NCBI GenBank assembly: GCA_965235115.1
Contig: OZ249436.1
Coordinates: 2,482,001 to 2,546,000, forward strand
Source of the DNA: Laetmonice hystrix
Taxonomy: Eukaryota
Direction: 5' to 3'
Length of the DNA: 64,000 bases
Shown here: piece by piece, positions 35,769 through 49,000 of the stretch
Layout of the letters: every line of letters starts with the position of its first letter
Numbering within the stretch: position 1 is the stretch's first letter
The notes under the pieces: generated by a model
Database searches by the model: none
The model's input: only the letters and a program-made list of their open reading frames with translations
Told to the model about the DNA's origin: nothing
Translations under genes and position numbers: made by a program

Positions 35769-38038
35769 TATCCCATCCCCCGTCAGGGGATGGGATCTTG
35801 AAATTGTCTGGTTTCGTCTTCCCTATTATTATTATTCTTTGCGTTGTAGTAGTAGTAGTAGTAGTAGTAAACAGTGCCTCTATCTCAGTCAGTTTTCAAG
35901 ATATCTCAATCAAACTTGGCTCAGATCTTGACCATGACAAAGTCAGGTCACACAATCAATCATGACGTCACGTCACGTCACGTCATGACGTCATGACGTC
36001 AAACGTGTCTTACACATTGGGGCCATAATTTTAAAGGTCATATTCGAAATTTTTAAAACCCATCATGGCGTCTTAATCAGGCAAGGATCCTGTCTCAAGT
36101 CGACCCTTCATTTGACCTTTGACCTTTGACCTTAGGGAGAACTGGCTCCTGGGTCAGAATCGGGCTGAATCGCTACCCCTTCCCCATTTGTTGGTAAAAT
36201 TTGACAATATCAGGTACTACCACTCTACATCGAAAGGTTTAAAACATACAAAGAGGGATTAGCGATTTGACCTATATTTACTGAGCCACGTGACCTTAAA
36301 GTTTTCAACAGCGGTCAGTTGAGACATTTATGGGTATAACTTGTAAAAGGTGCCAGATAGGGCCACAGTTACTATTGAACATGAATAGGAAGTCATATAT
36401 CGTCTTTCATTTGACACCATTATTTTGTAGGTCACGTGACCTATGACGTCATAACGACGTCACCTATATTTTCCCAGGGTTATAACTTGTAAATGGTTGA
36501 AGATAGAGCCATAGTTACTATTAAACACTTATAGAAAGTCATATATGCTCTTTCATTATACACCTTCATTTTCCAGGTCACGTGACCTATGACGTCATAG
36601 CAGTGTTGCCAATATGTCCCTAGGGCTATAACTCGTAAACGGTGCCAGATAGGGCGACAGTTACTATTGAACATGAATATGAAGTCATATATGGTCTTTC
36701 ATTTGGCACCATTGTTTTGTAGGTCACGTGACCTATGACGTCATAACGACTTCACCTATATTTTCCCAGGGCTATAACTTGTAAATGGTTGAAGATAGAG
36801 CCATAGTTACTATTAAACACTAATAGGAAGTCATATATGCTCTTTCATTATACACCTTCATTTTCCAGGTCACGTGACCTATGACGTCATAAGAATGTCA
36901 TTGACATTTTCTCAGGGCTATAACTTGTAAACTGTGCCAGATAGAGCCATAGTTACTCTTGAACACGAATAGGAAGTCATATATGGTCTTTCATTTGGCA
37001 CCATTGTTTTATAAGCCACGTGACCCATGACGTCTTAACGTCGTCACCTATATTTTCCCAGGCCCATAACTTGTAAATGGTTGAAGATAGAGCCATAGTT
37101 ACTATTAAACACTAATAGGAAGTCATATATACTCTTTCATTATACACCTTCATTTTCCAGGTCACGTGACTTATGACGTCAGATCAAGGTCGCCAATATG
37201 TTCTCAGGGCCATAACTTGTAAACGGTGCCAGATAGGGCCATAGTTGCTATTGAACACGAATAGGAAGTCATATATGGTCTTTCATTTGAGACCATTATT
37301 TTTCGGGTCACGTGACCTGTGACGTCATAACGACGTCACCTATATTTGCCCAGCGTGATAACTTGTAAATGGATGAAGATAGAGCCATATTTACTATTAA
37401 ACAGTAATAGGAAGTCATATGTACCCTTTCATTATACACCTTCATTTTCCAGGTCACGTGACCTATGACATCATAAGAATGTCATTGGCATTTTCTAAGG
37501 GCTATAACTTGTAAATGGTTGAAGATTGAGCCTTAGTTACTAGTAAACCCTAATATGAAGTCTTATATACATGCTCTTTCATTATGCACCCATAGCTTTC
37601 CAGTCACGTGACCTATGACGTCATAGCAAGGTCGCCAATATTTTCCCAGGGCTATAACTTGTAAATGGTGCCAGATAGGGCCATAGTTACTATTGAACAC
37701 GAATAGGAAGTCATATATGCTATTTCATTTGGCACCATTGTTTTGTACGTCACGTGACCTATGACGTCATAAGGAGGTCACCTATATATTCCCTGGGCTA
37801 TAACTTGTAAATGGTTGAAGATGCAGCCATAGTTACTATGACGTCATAAGGATGTCATAAATATTCTCTCAGGGCTATAACTTGACACCTTTCCTGGCAC
37901 TTCACAAACACCACTGCCTATCACAGATGTGTCGGGAAGTGTCTGCCTTGAACGTAGCTCTTCTCAAACTCAATATCAGAAAGGACATGTCACCCCGGGG
38001 ATGGGATCCATCGTGGTCTCGCCACGACATGACTAGTT
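35769..38038 (+). mobile_element. Inner nested HINE/DINE-1-like element, copy 2
   Basis: Same as 9146-11415. Confidence 0.82.
36283..37883. repeat. 146-bp tandem core array, copy 2
   Basis: Same as 9660-11260. Confidence 0.93.
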
Positions 38039-38050
38039 ATTCTTTGCGTC

Positions 38051-38092
<42 letters not shown>

Positions 38093-38714
38093 AACAGTGG
38101 CGTCTATTTCAGTAAGTTTTCAAGATATCTCAATCAAATTTGGCACACATCTTGACCATGACAAGGACTGGTCAGACAATGAGTTGTGACATATCACGTG
38201 ACGTGACGTATGACGTCACGTCATGACGTTCATATTGGGAATTTCCAAACCCCATCATGGCGTTTTAATCAGGCAAGGGTCTAGTCTAACATGGACCCTT
38301 CATTTGTCATTTGACCTTGAACTTTGGGAGAACTGGGTCCTCAGTCACAAATCTCTTAAATCGCTACTCCTTCTTCATTTTTTGGTGAAATTCGACAATA
38401 TTAGGCAGAAGGACTCTCTAACATGAGCTTGTCTCAAATCATCAAAAGATAAGCGATTTGACTAATATTCGCTGAATCACGTGACTTTGAAATTTCGAAA
38501 AATTGTCAATTTTCTAGAACTTGTAAACGGTGCCAGATTTGGCATTGGTTACTATTAAACACAGATAAGAAGTCATTATGCTCTTTTATGATATTTTTTT
38601 TTTCAGGTCACGTGACCATTTTTAAAAATTAGAGGGAAAAAACAAAAAGAAAAAGAAACGTGACTCGGCCTGGGATTGAACGCGGGACCCTTCCGGTAGA
38701 AGTCCAAAAAAATA

Positions 38715-38791
38715 GGTGACTCGGCCTGGGATTGAACCGGCGACCCATAGCATGTGAGTCAAGACACTTATCGCCAGTGCTACGCCATCTG
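38715..38791 (-). pseudogene. tRNA-derived fragment, copy 2
   Basis: Same as 12092-12168. Confidence 0.6.
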
Positions 38792-41700
38792 ACAAACTAA
38801 TACTGGATTGAACTGGTACTGATTACCACAGCCAGTGAACCTATATTTTGTGAGGGCTATAACTTGCTATCACTTGGTATCGTCATCCTTAAGGTCACGT
38901 GACCTGTGACGTCGTAAAGATGTCATCGATATTTTCTAAGGGATATAACTTGTTAATGCTTGAAGTTAGACCCATAGTTACTATTGAACACGAATAGGAA
39001 GTCATGTATACTCTTTCGTTTGGCATCATTATTTCTTAGGTCACGTGACCCATGACATAACGATGTCATCGATATTTTTTCAGGGTTTTAACTTGTAAAT
39101 GGTAGGAGTTAGACCCATAGTTAGTATTGAATATAAACAGGAAGTCCTCATTATGTTCTTTCAATTGACACCAAGATTTATTCTGTTGTGTGATCTATTA
39201 CATCCTTATGACGTAACTGAGCCCTTCTAAGGATTGTTAGAAGCCTGTAACTAGTAAACGGTGCTAGATACACCTATAGTTATTTTTGAACATGAATAGG
39301 AAGTCCATTGAGATCAATATTTATGACGTAGCATAAGGTCATAATGACGTAACTTCCATCTTCTAAGGCTCATAAGTCGTCACGGGTGCAAGATAGTACC
39401 ATAGTTATCGCTATTCAGAACATGTTACATGGGACACCCCGGGGATGGGATCCATTGTGGTACTCCACAACGTATCTAGTTATAATATTGTTATTGAATA
39501 CACTTAGGCCTAAAGGGAAAAAAACAAAATGGCATGTTGTTTAGGTGCCGGTTCCGTGTTTTACGTCTCAGAATCTCTAATTGTATATCTGCTGCTTTCT
39601 GTATGCTACAACAAATTACAGTGCGCGATTGCTGATAGATAATGTGTAGAATGCAATGAATATAAAGTTTGACCTGGAGAAAAATCGCCTTCTGCTTCAT
39701 CATCACTCCGTGAACAGCTTGCGATGCCTGGAGAGAGTCACTGGAAACTACTTTTGGGATGTTCAGAGGCGGGATTTTAGCACTGTCACGAGGAATAAGC
39801 GTGTGTTCGATTGTTACGGATATAACATTTCTCCCCGGTACCTCAGATGATGTGATCCATGCAGGTGTCATTTGCTGCGTCAATACAGAAGTCGGGTGAT
39901 CTTCCTGTGAATCTGTTAAATGATACACGGCATTATAGAAAGATGTTAGAAGTTGTGTTGGAACAGCTCCAGACTTCATGTTAGAGTTAATTTCCGCCGG
40001 CATTCAGAAGGGGAGAAAAGGTGTGATGGAAACATATATACTATACCAGATTCATCGCAGGTGCCAAACTGGCTATTGTAGTCTTGAATATAGTAGTCAA
40101 GATGTCCAGGAGAGTCTGGACATCGTCACTGAAGCGGTATAGGTCGGTTTGATTTTTATGAAGCTCAAACACCAAGGTGACTGCCTACCGTTGTTCTCTT
40201 GGGTGAATAATGTTGGGAAAGTCTATCAGGAGAAGAAAACGATCCAGAAAACCATCGTCTCACGAACTCATATCGATAAGTTCATGTAGGAGAATATCCG
40301 GCTGTGTGTATATAGTGCAATGGATAGAGCAGTCTTCGTAAATCCGCGCTCTTTGGACGCAAGTACAGCGGTCTCACCACGAGCTCCCCACATCTTGCAC
40401 AGCAGTGCTCTTTCCCCCTTACCTTATACCTTGCTTGGCTGTTACGGTTGCTAGAAATCTCTGGCCTTCATCACTGGTAATTATGCCATAGCGGCCTGTC
40501 CTGCATTGGTGTGCCTGAAAAAGAATTGAGAAAGATATAAGTGAATGTATAAGAATAGCCGTTTGGGGGAAAATGAGGGGATTTATATAGGCTAAACGCA
40601 AGGCTTGTGGGGAAATAGGGTGCTGTATTAATAACCGCGTTTCATTCAACGTAGAAATGAATAATTGATGGCGTTAATATTAATGCATATGACTTTTTTT
40701 GGTGGAAAGTAAAGGTCTATCACTATCCCTAGCCCTGACCTATTCCTAACCCCTACACTGGTCCCTAGACCTCCCAAAAACATTATCCCTAGCCCTGACC
40801 TTAACCCTAACCCTTCCCCAAAAATTACCTGTACCTGTATACCGGCGGTGGTGTAGCTTTCCAATGCTACCATATGTCCAGTTTGTTCAGAACAGGGTCT
40901 ATGATGTAATCATATGTGGTAGATTTGCCGCCGCCCGGAGCTGATACCTGATTCAGTGAGGAGAAAAGGAACATTTAATTTTGGTACATGTATAGAGAAC
41001 ATAATGAGGACGTATAAAGCATAGAGAAAAGAATGAGGAATTAAGACTCGTCAAAATGAAGCCGGTGATTATTTATCACAAGACTTGTAAGTGTAGGCTA
41101 CAATGTAACATCACTTTAACAATCAGCAAATTATCATAATAGACAGTGTAGCTAATGCTATCATATGTACAGTTTTGTACAGTTATGTACAGTGTGGGGG
41201 GGGGGGCAAGTTAGCAAAAGAGAAAAATTCGCGCGGGGCAAACAATAATGAAAGCGTCACACATGCGCGTCTGTATAGTGTTAGTCCTCACCCCAATGCA
41301 AAATAGATTCAGGGGCATATATGTGTACCCTCAACATTGCCTAAAGGGCGCGTTTCCGGTCCGGATAGAGCTGCTTTAATAGGGTATAAGCCAGTCATTA
41401 CCAATGTGGTAGTTGTGTTGTGGCATTCTGCGAAAATCCCAATGAAATCTGACGTGTCTTTCTTTAAGTAATTGTCCCAAACGAAGGCCTCCTTGAACGC
41501 CTGCTTATAAAGACGGTTGATATCCTGACGGCAGTCTCTTCGGCTATTGCCGTGCAAATGGTACCTTCGCCGATGAAAATTTTGGAAAAGAATAAAGGAT
41601 GCATGAATCATTATTGAACTACTATGAACTACTAAAAGCACTATTATTGCTTTTCAAATGGACACGGGTGACTGGTTATGACCAGTGGACCGATACAGAA

Positions 41701-42789
41701 ATAGTTACTCCTTGTGAAAGATCGAAACATTGTGAGATGGTGCAAGTTTCGTGAAATAGGTCAAGGCAAGTGGTCACGTTGAAACGACAGAAACGAGAGA
41801 ATGGACAATGTCGACATCTCCTAGGCATAATTTCCCGTGTACACAAAAGATGCGCGAAATGCGCGAAGTCATAAACTAACAATGAATAGTCAACCACGAT
41901 AATTTTAGTATTTTTTAAAAATAACTTTTGGAGGAGGCGTAGAATATGTAGTTTAGATCTATCCGTTTTAAAAGCTTTTCGATGTTGTTTGCGACACTAG
42001 CAAAGAAAGAAGAAGCTTGTAAACTTATATTAAATAAATCTGACAAATTCAGCCTGATTTCCGCAGGTAGGACCGATATGCTGAAGCCTACCTGAAAGAT
42101 ATTTTCAAATATCAAAATTACGGTTTTCAAATGCAACGAGAAATAGGCCTACATGTGGATATAATCACTTGGTATAATCACTGCTAATATATCATTGCTT
42201 GATTCTTTATATATTTAATTATCTCTCCCATTCATTCCTTGTATCATGATTAGTGAATTTCGTAATGACAGCAGGAGGCCTAAACAATTACAATATATAT
42301 TGCGTAGGCCTATGCAGGTTGACAGTCAGATGATGGCGAGCGGTCGGCACGGTCGGCAGGGTAGGCACAGTCGGCAGGGTCGGCCGGCAGTCAGACCAGG
42401 ATGCTCAGCATTATAAATATTCATTTTTTCGATGTACTAATTTGCCGGATATGACGTCATGTAAAGCGGTGGTGAAGTGGTTTTTGACCGAGGAAGTGAG
42501 GCCGCGCGCACTATTCGGCAGCCTGCTGACTTGTGCCGGTTAAGGCAATGATAAGCGAAAAATGGCTACATTTTTGATGCGTCAAATTGAAACTAAGCGT
42601 CCCAAAATTATGATTCTTAGGCCAGATGTACGACTGTCAAACATATAGGTCTCGTACGTTCGCTACAGCTATATGGTTCTGATGTGTACACTTCCCATTT
42701 GAGCATGTTCTCCAGATTTTAACATTAGATGCTCCTCGCCTGTACCTTTCATTTCCACTACCTCACTGTAGTGTTTGCACCTTTCATTA

Positions 42790-43319
42790 AGGGGCATATT
42801 ATGAGGAAACGTTAAAAATCGGTATTTCATAGAACTTTTGCTGTTTTCATAAAGAGATCCTTCATTAAAATTGCTTGGTAAAGAAAGACAGACTTATCAG
42901 TTTCATTTTGCGTGAGAAATCGAAGTTTATTAAGCTCCCTTGCCCGCTTCTCTGCTGATTTCGTAAAATATTTTTTGGGTGGCATTCTGATGCCGGGCAA
43001 TCGAGTTCCACTGCTGAATTGTTTACAACTAAGCAAAGCACGTGACTAAGCACATGCAGAGAGTGCACACACACAGGATGTGACACAGTATGCAATTACA
43101 CGGGTTGATGGGGGGTTGTCCGCCAAATTATGGCGGGAGATGTGCTATCGGGAGAAATCTATAGGTTTGGTCGTATAGAACCTACTTGTGCTGCATACGC
43201 AGCGAAAACACGTCGGAGGACAAAATGCTGTGGTAGGATTATTTACTTGAAACCCTAGTACACAGTCATGTTGGATAATTGCCGGAAATCCTCAAAAACG
43301 TGTTTCATAGCATGCCCCT
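42790..43319. mobile_element. 530-bp MITE, copy 2
   Basis: Same as 16167-16696, flanked by TTA. Confidence 0.85.
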
Positions 43320-44686
43320 TTAGGCCAGTCGGTAAGATTTAAGGATTTCTCACTCTACTGGTTGGCCTTCCCCACTGCTTGGCCCCACAGTGTACTGTTT
43401 GGCCTCACTGTAGGCCTACTCTTAGGCCTTACTGTAGTGTTTGCCGTAAAGCTTTAGTTAACAATGGAAAATGACGTTGTACGCCTTTTCTATATCAGAT
43501 ATCCCATCCCCAAGTAACAAACAAACAAAGGAAGGTTACCGAGATTTTGCAGGCAAGAAACACCAGGATGCAGCACAACTGCACTGAAGGGGGGGGGGGG
43601 GGTCTCCGACTGCACTGCTACCTTCCGGCTAGCGGTGGAATCACCACGTACTGGCAGGCACCTGTGGCTCTGAGGCGAGAGACAGGTTAAGGCAATGATA
43701 AGCGAAAAATGGCTACATTTTTGATGCGTCAAATTGAAACTAAGCCTCCCAAAATTATTATTCTTAGGCCAGATGTACGACTGTCAAACGTATAGGTCTC
43801 GTACGTTCGCTACAGATATATGGTTGTGATGTGTACACTTCGCATTTGGGTATCTTCTCCAGATTTTAACATTAGATGCTCCTCGCCTGTACCTTTCATT
43901 TCCTCTACCTCACTGTAGTGTTTGCATGGGTACTAGGCCAGCCGGTAAGATTTAATGATTTCTCACTCTACTGGTTGGCCTTCCCCACTGCTTGGCCCCA
44001 CAGCATACTGTTTGGCCTCACTGTAGGCCTACTCTTTGGCCTCACTGTAGTGTTCGCTTGGGTGCTAGGCCAGACGGTATACCTTGTAGCCATTCCTCCC
44101 TGTACTGTTTGGTCTTCCTCTACCGTTTGCTTGTATACAAGAGTAGCCAGTAGTATAGGGACGCCTCATGTTTCATGTTTACATGCCTTTATTGTCCAGG
44201 AGGAAGGCCATCCGTTTCGTCTATCATCTACTCCCATCTAATCTATGTCCCCCACAGACCATCTGTAAGCGTCCGACAACGTTGTCAGGTCGTCCCAATG
44301 ACTGTTTGCCGTAAAGCTTTAGTTAACAATGGAAAATGACGTTGTACGCCTTTTCTATATCAGATATCCCATCCCCAAGTAACAAACAAACAAAGGAAGG
44401 TTACCGAGATTTTGCAGGCAAGAAACACCAGGGTGCAGCACAACTGCACTGAAGCGGGGGGGGGGGGTCTCCGACTGCACTGCTACCTTCCGGCTAGCGG
44501 TGGAATCACCACGTACTGGCAGGCACGTGTGGCTCTGAGGCGAGAGACAGGTTAAGGCAATGATAAGCGAAAAATGGCTACATTTTTGATGCGTCAAATT
44601 GAAACTAAGCGTCCCAAAATTATGATTCTTAGGCCAGATGTACGACTGTCAAACATATAGGTCTCGTACGTTCGCTACAGCTATAT

Positions 44687-46062
44687 CAAAAATGGGGGAT
44701 TGTAACACATCTGACAAAGTTGTCCCATTCAAATCGAACTTTTACTCAGTAGAATAGGGCTACAACAACAAACTAGGTATATTCTGAAAGCTTATCATGT
44801 CACCTTTCTACTGATGTCACATTTATCACAGTTTGATTCAATGCAACCAAGTTCTTGTGTTGTGAATGAAATGAGTACCTGGGGGGATCGGAGGAGGCGG
44901 TCGGAGGAGGCGGTGCATTTTCAATACAGACTTCAATGTGTGGTTCTGTTATTAGCATATAGGTGTCTCTAGGTTTCCAAGAGGGTCAAAGATAGGCCAG
45001 TAGAAGGAAGCTATTTTAGTAGTGGACAGATCTTACTACAGGTAAGAACAAATTGGCCTTCCAATTCTACAATCTTGTCAACTAGTGATCGTGAGATTTT
45101 TAATCCCCTTGTTATGCTGCGCTTGTTGGTGTATTTAGATGTGTACATGGGAATGAGAAAATTGGAACAGGCACGTGGGTGTTTAGTTTGCATTGTGATC
45201 CCTATATATGAGGATTTTATGCATAAATAGTCATGAAGGGTATACAGCTGGGACTGCCAATGGACTACGAGTTAGGAGTAGTACAACGATTTTGATTTAG
45301 GATGGTCAAGTTTACATAAAAACGGAATTGTCATAAGGTTTTATGAATTTGAAAAACAAAAGATAAGGGTTATACTTTGACTTAAGTACCGTAGTTTTAT
45401 ACATATGGGCCCAGAATCGCCCGCTTCACCCCTTAGCACAACCCTTGGTAGTTGCCAGTATTATTAGGTTATTATTTCACTGTATTTGTACTAAGTCAGT
45501 ACACTTTGTTGCGAGGTCCGAGGTGCAAGATGGTGCTAATTACAATTATTTAATAATTATTTATTATCTTAAGAGATTTATTTTCTCATTGTTGGCTTTT
45601 ATTCAACTTTACACAGTCATGGATTGCCCGAGGGCTCTAAATATAAAAGCTGATCATTTCCATTGCATTTTTCATGATTTTCACCCACCTGATTTTCAAA
45701 GTTCTTTTTTGTAGTCATTTTGGTGTGGGACATCAAAACATGAGGTCTCACTTGAAAGAACATTTTCTTGTCTGCATTTTGCCACCAGTTTGGTGAAATT
45801 CGGTTGATATAAGGGAAGTTAGGCTTATTTTTGTCAAACCATGTCCGTTTTGAGAAAATCAATAAAAAAGGTTGGAGTCCCAATGCATTATCCCATTGAT
45901 TACGGTAATTCAATTGTACTTTATTCATTAACGGATGGGAATAATAGAGTCAGTTTATGTGCAATTAAGAGACCTTCATTTGTTTATTTCACAGGATGAA
46001 TATTGAAAAATTGACCATTTTGACCCTGTTACACTTTTTGCCCCCAGTTCACTAATCACGAC
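44687..46062. mobile_element. 1,376-bp insertion, copy 2
   Basis: Same as 18064-19439. Confidence 0.6.
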
Positions 46063-49000
46063 CATTAGATGCTCCTCGCCTGTACCTTTCATTTCCACTA
46101 CCTCACTGTAGTGTTTGTACCTTTCATTAGGCCAGTCGGTAAGATTTAAGGATTTCTCACTCTACTGGTTGGCCTTCCCCACTGCTTGGCCCCACAGTGT
46201 ACTGTTTGGCCTCACTGTAGGCCTACTCTTAGGCCTCACTGCAGTGTTCGCTTTGGTGCTAGGCCAGACAGTATACCTTGTAGCCATTCCTCCCTGTACT
46301 GTTTGGTCTTCCTCTACTGTTTGCTTGTATACAAGAGTAGCCAGTAGTATAGGGACGCCTCATGTTTCATGTTTCCATGCCTTTATTGTCCAGGAGGAAG
46401 GCCATCCGTTTCGTCTATCATCTACTCCCATCTAATCTATGTCCCCTACAGACCATCTGTAAGCGTCCGACAACGTTGTCAGGTCGTCCCAATGACTGTT
46501 TGCCGTAAAGCTTTAGTTAACAATGGAAAATGACGTTGTACGCCTTTTCTATATCAGATATCCCATCCCCAAGTAACAAACAAACAAAGGAAGGTTACCG
46601 AGATTTTGCAGGCAAGAAGCACCAGGGTGCAGCACAACTGCACTGAAGCGGGGGGGGGGGGCATTCCGACTGCACTGCTACCTTCCGGCTAGCGGTGGAA
46701 TCACCACGTACTGGCAGGCACCTGTGGCTCTGAGGCGAGAGACAGGTTAGGGCAATGATAAGCGAAAAATGGCTACATTTTTGATGCGTCAAATTGAAAC
46801 TAAGCCTCCCAAAATTATGATTCTTAGGCCAGATGTACGACTGTCAAACGTATAGGTCTCGTACGTTCGCTACAGATACATGGTTGTGATGTGTACACTT
46901 CCCATTTGAGCATGTTCTCCAGATTTTAACATTAGATGCTCCTCGCCTGTACCTTTCATTTCCACTACCTCACTGTAGTGTTTGCACCTTTCATTAGGCC
47001 AGCCGGTAAGATTTAACGATTTTCCACTCTACTCATTGGCCTTCCCCACTGCTTGGCCCCACAGCATACTGTTTGGCCTCACTGTAGGCCTACTCTTTGG
47101 CCTCACTGTAGTGTTCGCTTGGGTGCTAGGCCAGACGGTATACCTTGTAGCCATTCCTCCCTGTACTGTTTGGTCTTCCTCTACCGTTTGCTTGTATACA
47201 AGGGTAGCCAGTAGTATAGGGACGCCTCATGTTTCATGTTTCCATGCCTTTATTGTCCAGGACGAAGGCCATCCGTTTCGTCTATCATCTACTCCCATCT
47301 AATCTATGTCCCCCACAGACCATCTGTAAGCGTCCGACAACGTTGTCAGGTCGTCCCAATGACTGTTTGCCGTAAAGCTTTAGTTACCAATGGAAAATGA
47401 CGTTGTACGCCTTTTCTATATCAGATATCCCATCCCCAAGTAACAAACAAACAAAGGAAGGTTACCGAGATTTTGCAGGCAAGAAACACCAGGGTGCAGC
47501 ACAACTGCACCGAAGCGGGGGGGGGGGTCTCCGACTGCACTGCTACCTTCCGGCTAGCGGTGGAATCACCACGTACTGGCAGGCACCTGTGGCTCTGAGG
47601 CGAGAGACAGGTTAAGGCAATGATAAGCGAAAAATGGCTACATTTTTGATGCGTCAAATTGAAACTAAGCGTCCCAAAATTATGATTCTTAGGCCAGATG
47701 TACGACTGTCAAACATATAGGTCTCGTACGTTCGCTACAGCTATATGATTCTGATGTGTACACTTCCCATTTGAGCATGTTCTCCAGATTTTAACATTAT
47801 ATGCTCCTCGCCTGTACCTTTCATTTCCACTACCTCACTGTAGTGTTTGCACCTTTCATTAGGCCAGTCGGTAAGATTTAAGGATTTCTCACTCTACTGG
47901 TTGGCCTTCCCCACTGCTTGGCCCCACAGTGTACTGTTTGGCCTCACTGTAGGCCTACTCTTAGGCCTCACTGTAGTGTTCGCTTTGGTGCTAGGCCAGA
48001 CAGTATACCTTGTAGCCATTCCTCCCTGTACTGTTTGGTCTTCCTCTACTGTTTGCTTGTATACAAGAGTAGCCAGTAGTATAGGGACGCCTCATGTTTC
48101 ATGTTTCCATGCCTTTATTGTCCAGGAGGAAGGCCATCCGTTTCGTCTATCATCTACTCCCATCTAATCTATGTCCCCTACAGACCATCTGTAAGCGTCC
48201 GACAACGTTGTCAGGTCGTCCCAATGACTGTTTGCCGTAAAGCTTTAGTTAACAATGGAAAATGACGTTGTACGCCTTTTCTATATCAGATATCCCATCC
48301 CCAAGTAACAAACAAACAAAGGAAGGTTACCGAGATTTTGCAGGCAAGAAGCACCAGGGTGCAGCACAACTGCACTGAAGCGGGGGGGGGGCACTCCGAC
48401 TGCACTGCTACCTTCCGGCTAGCGGTGGAATCACCACGTACTGGCAGGCACCTGTGGCTCTGAGGCGAGAGACAGGTTAGGGCAATGATAAGCGAAAAAT
48501 GGCTACATTTTTGATGCGTCAAATTGAAACTAAGCCTCCCAAAATTATGATTCTTAGGCCAGATGTACGACTGTCAAACGTATAGGTCTCGTACGTTCGC
48601 TACAGATACATGGTTGTGATGTGTACACTTCCCATTTGAGCATGTTCTCCAGATTTTAACATTAGATGCTCCTCGCCTGTACCTTTCATTTCCACTACCT
48701 CACTGTAGTGTTTGCACCTTTCATTAGGCCAGCCGGTAAGATTTAACGATTTTCCACTCTACTCATTGGCCTTCCCCACTGCTTGGCCCCACAGCATACT
48801 GTTTGGCCTCACTGTAGGCCTACTCTTTGGCCTCACTGTAGTGTTCGCTTGGGTACTAGGCCAGACGGTATACCTTGTAGCCATTCCTCCCTGTACTGTT
48901 TGGTCTTCCTCTACCGTTTGCTTGTATACAAGGGTAGCCAGTAGTATAGGGACGCCTCATGTTTCATGTTTCCATGCCTTTATTGTCCAGGACGAAGGCC

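Larger units (their letters stand above)
35708..39481 (+). mobile_element. Outer HINE/DINE-1-like element, copy 2
   Basis: Same as 9085-12858. Confidence 0.8.
34988..41583 (-). pseudogene. DUF3987/YfjI-like multi-exon P-loop ATPase gene, disrupted, copy 2
   Basis: Same as 8365-14960 at +26,623. Walker A at 40941-40918, Walker B at 40487-40464. Confidence 0.72.
32791..42537 (+). mobile_element. Merlin DNA transposon, copy 2 (duplicated with flanks, not an independent insertion)
   Basis: Same sequence as 6168-15914 at +26,623. TSD GGTTAAGG at 32783-32790 and 42538-42545. Confidence 0.92.

Noticed and set aside
32791..42537. Independent, site-specific second Merlin insertion into the satellite
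   Set aside because: Flanking monomers and all neighbouring insertions are duplicated with it at the same offset.
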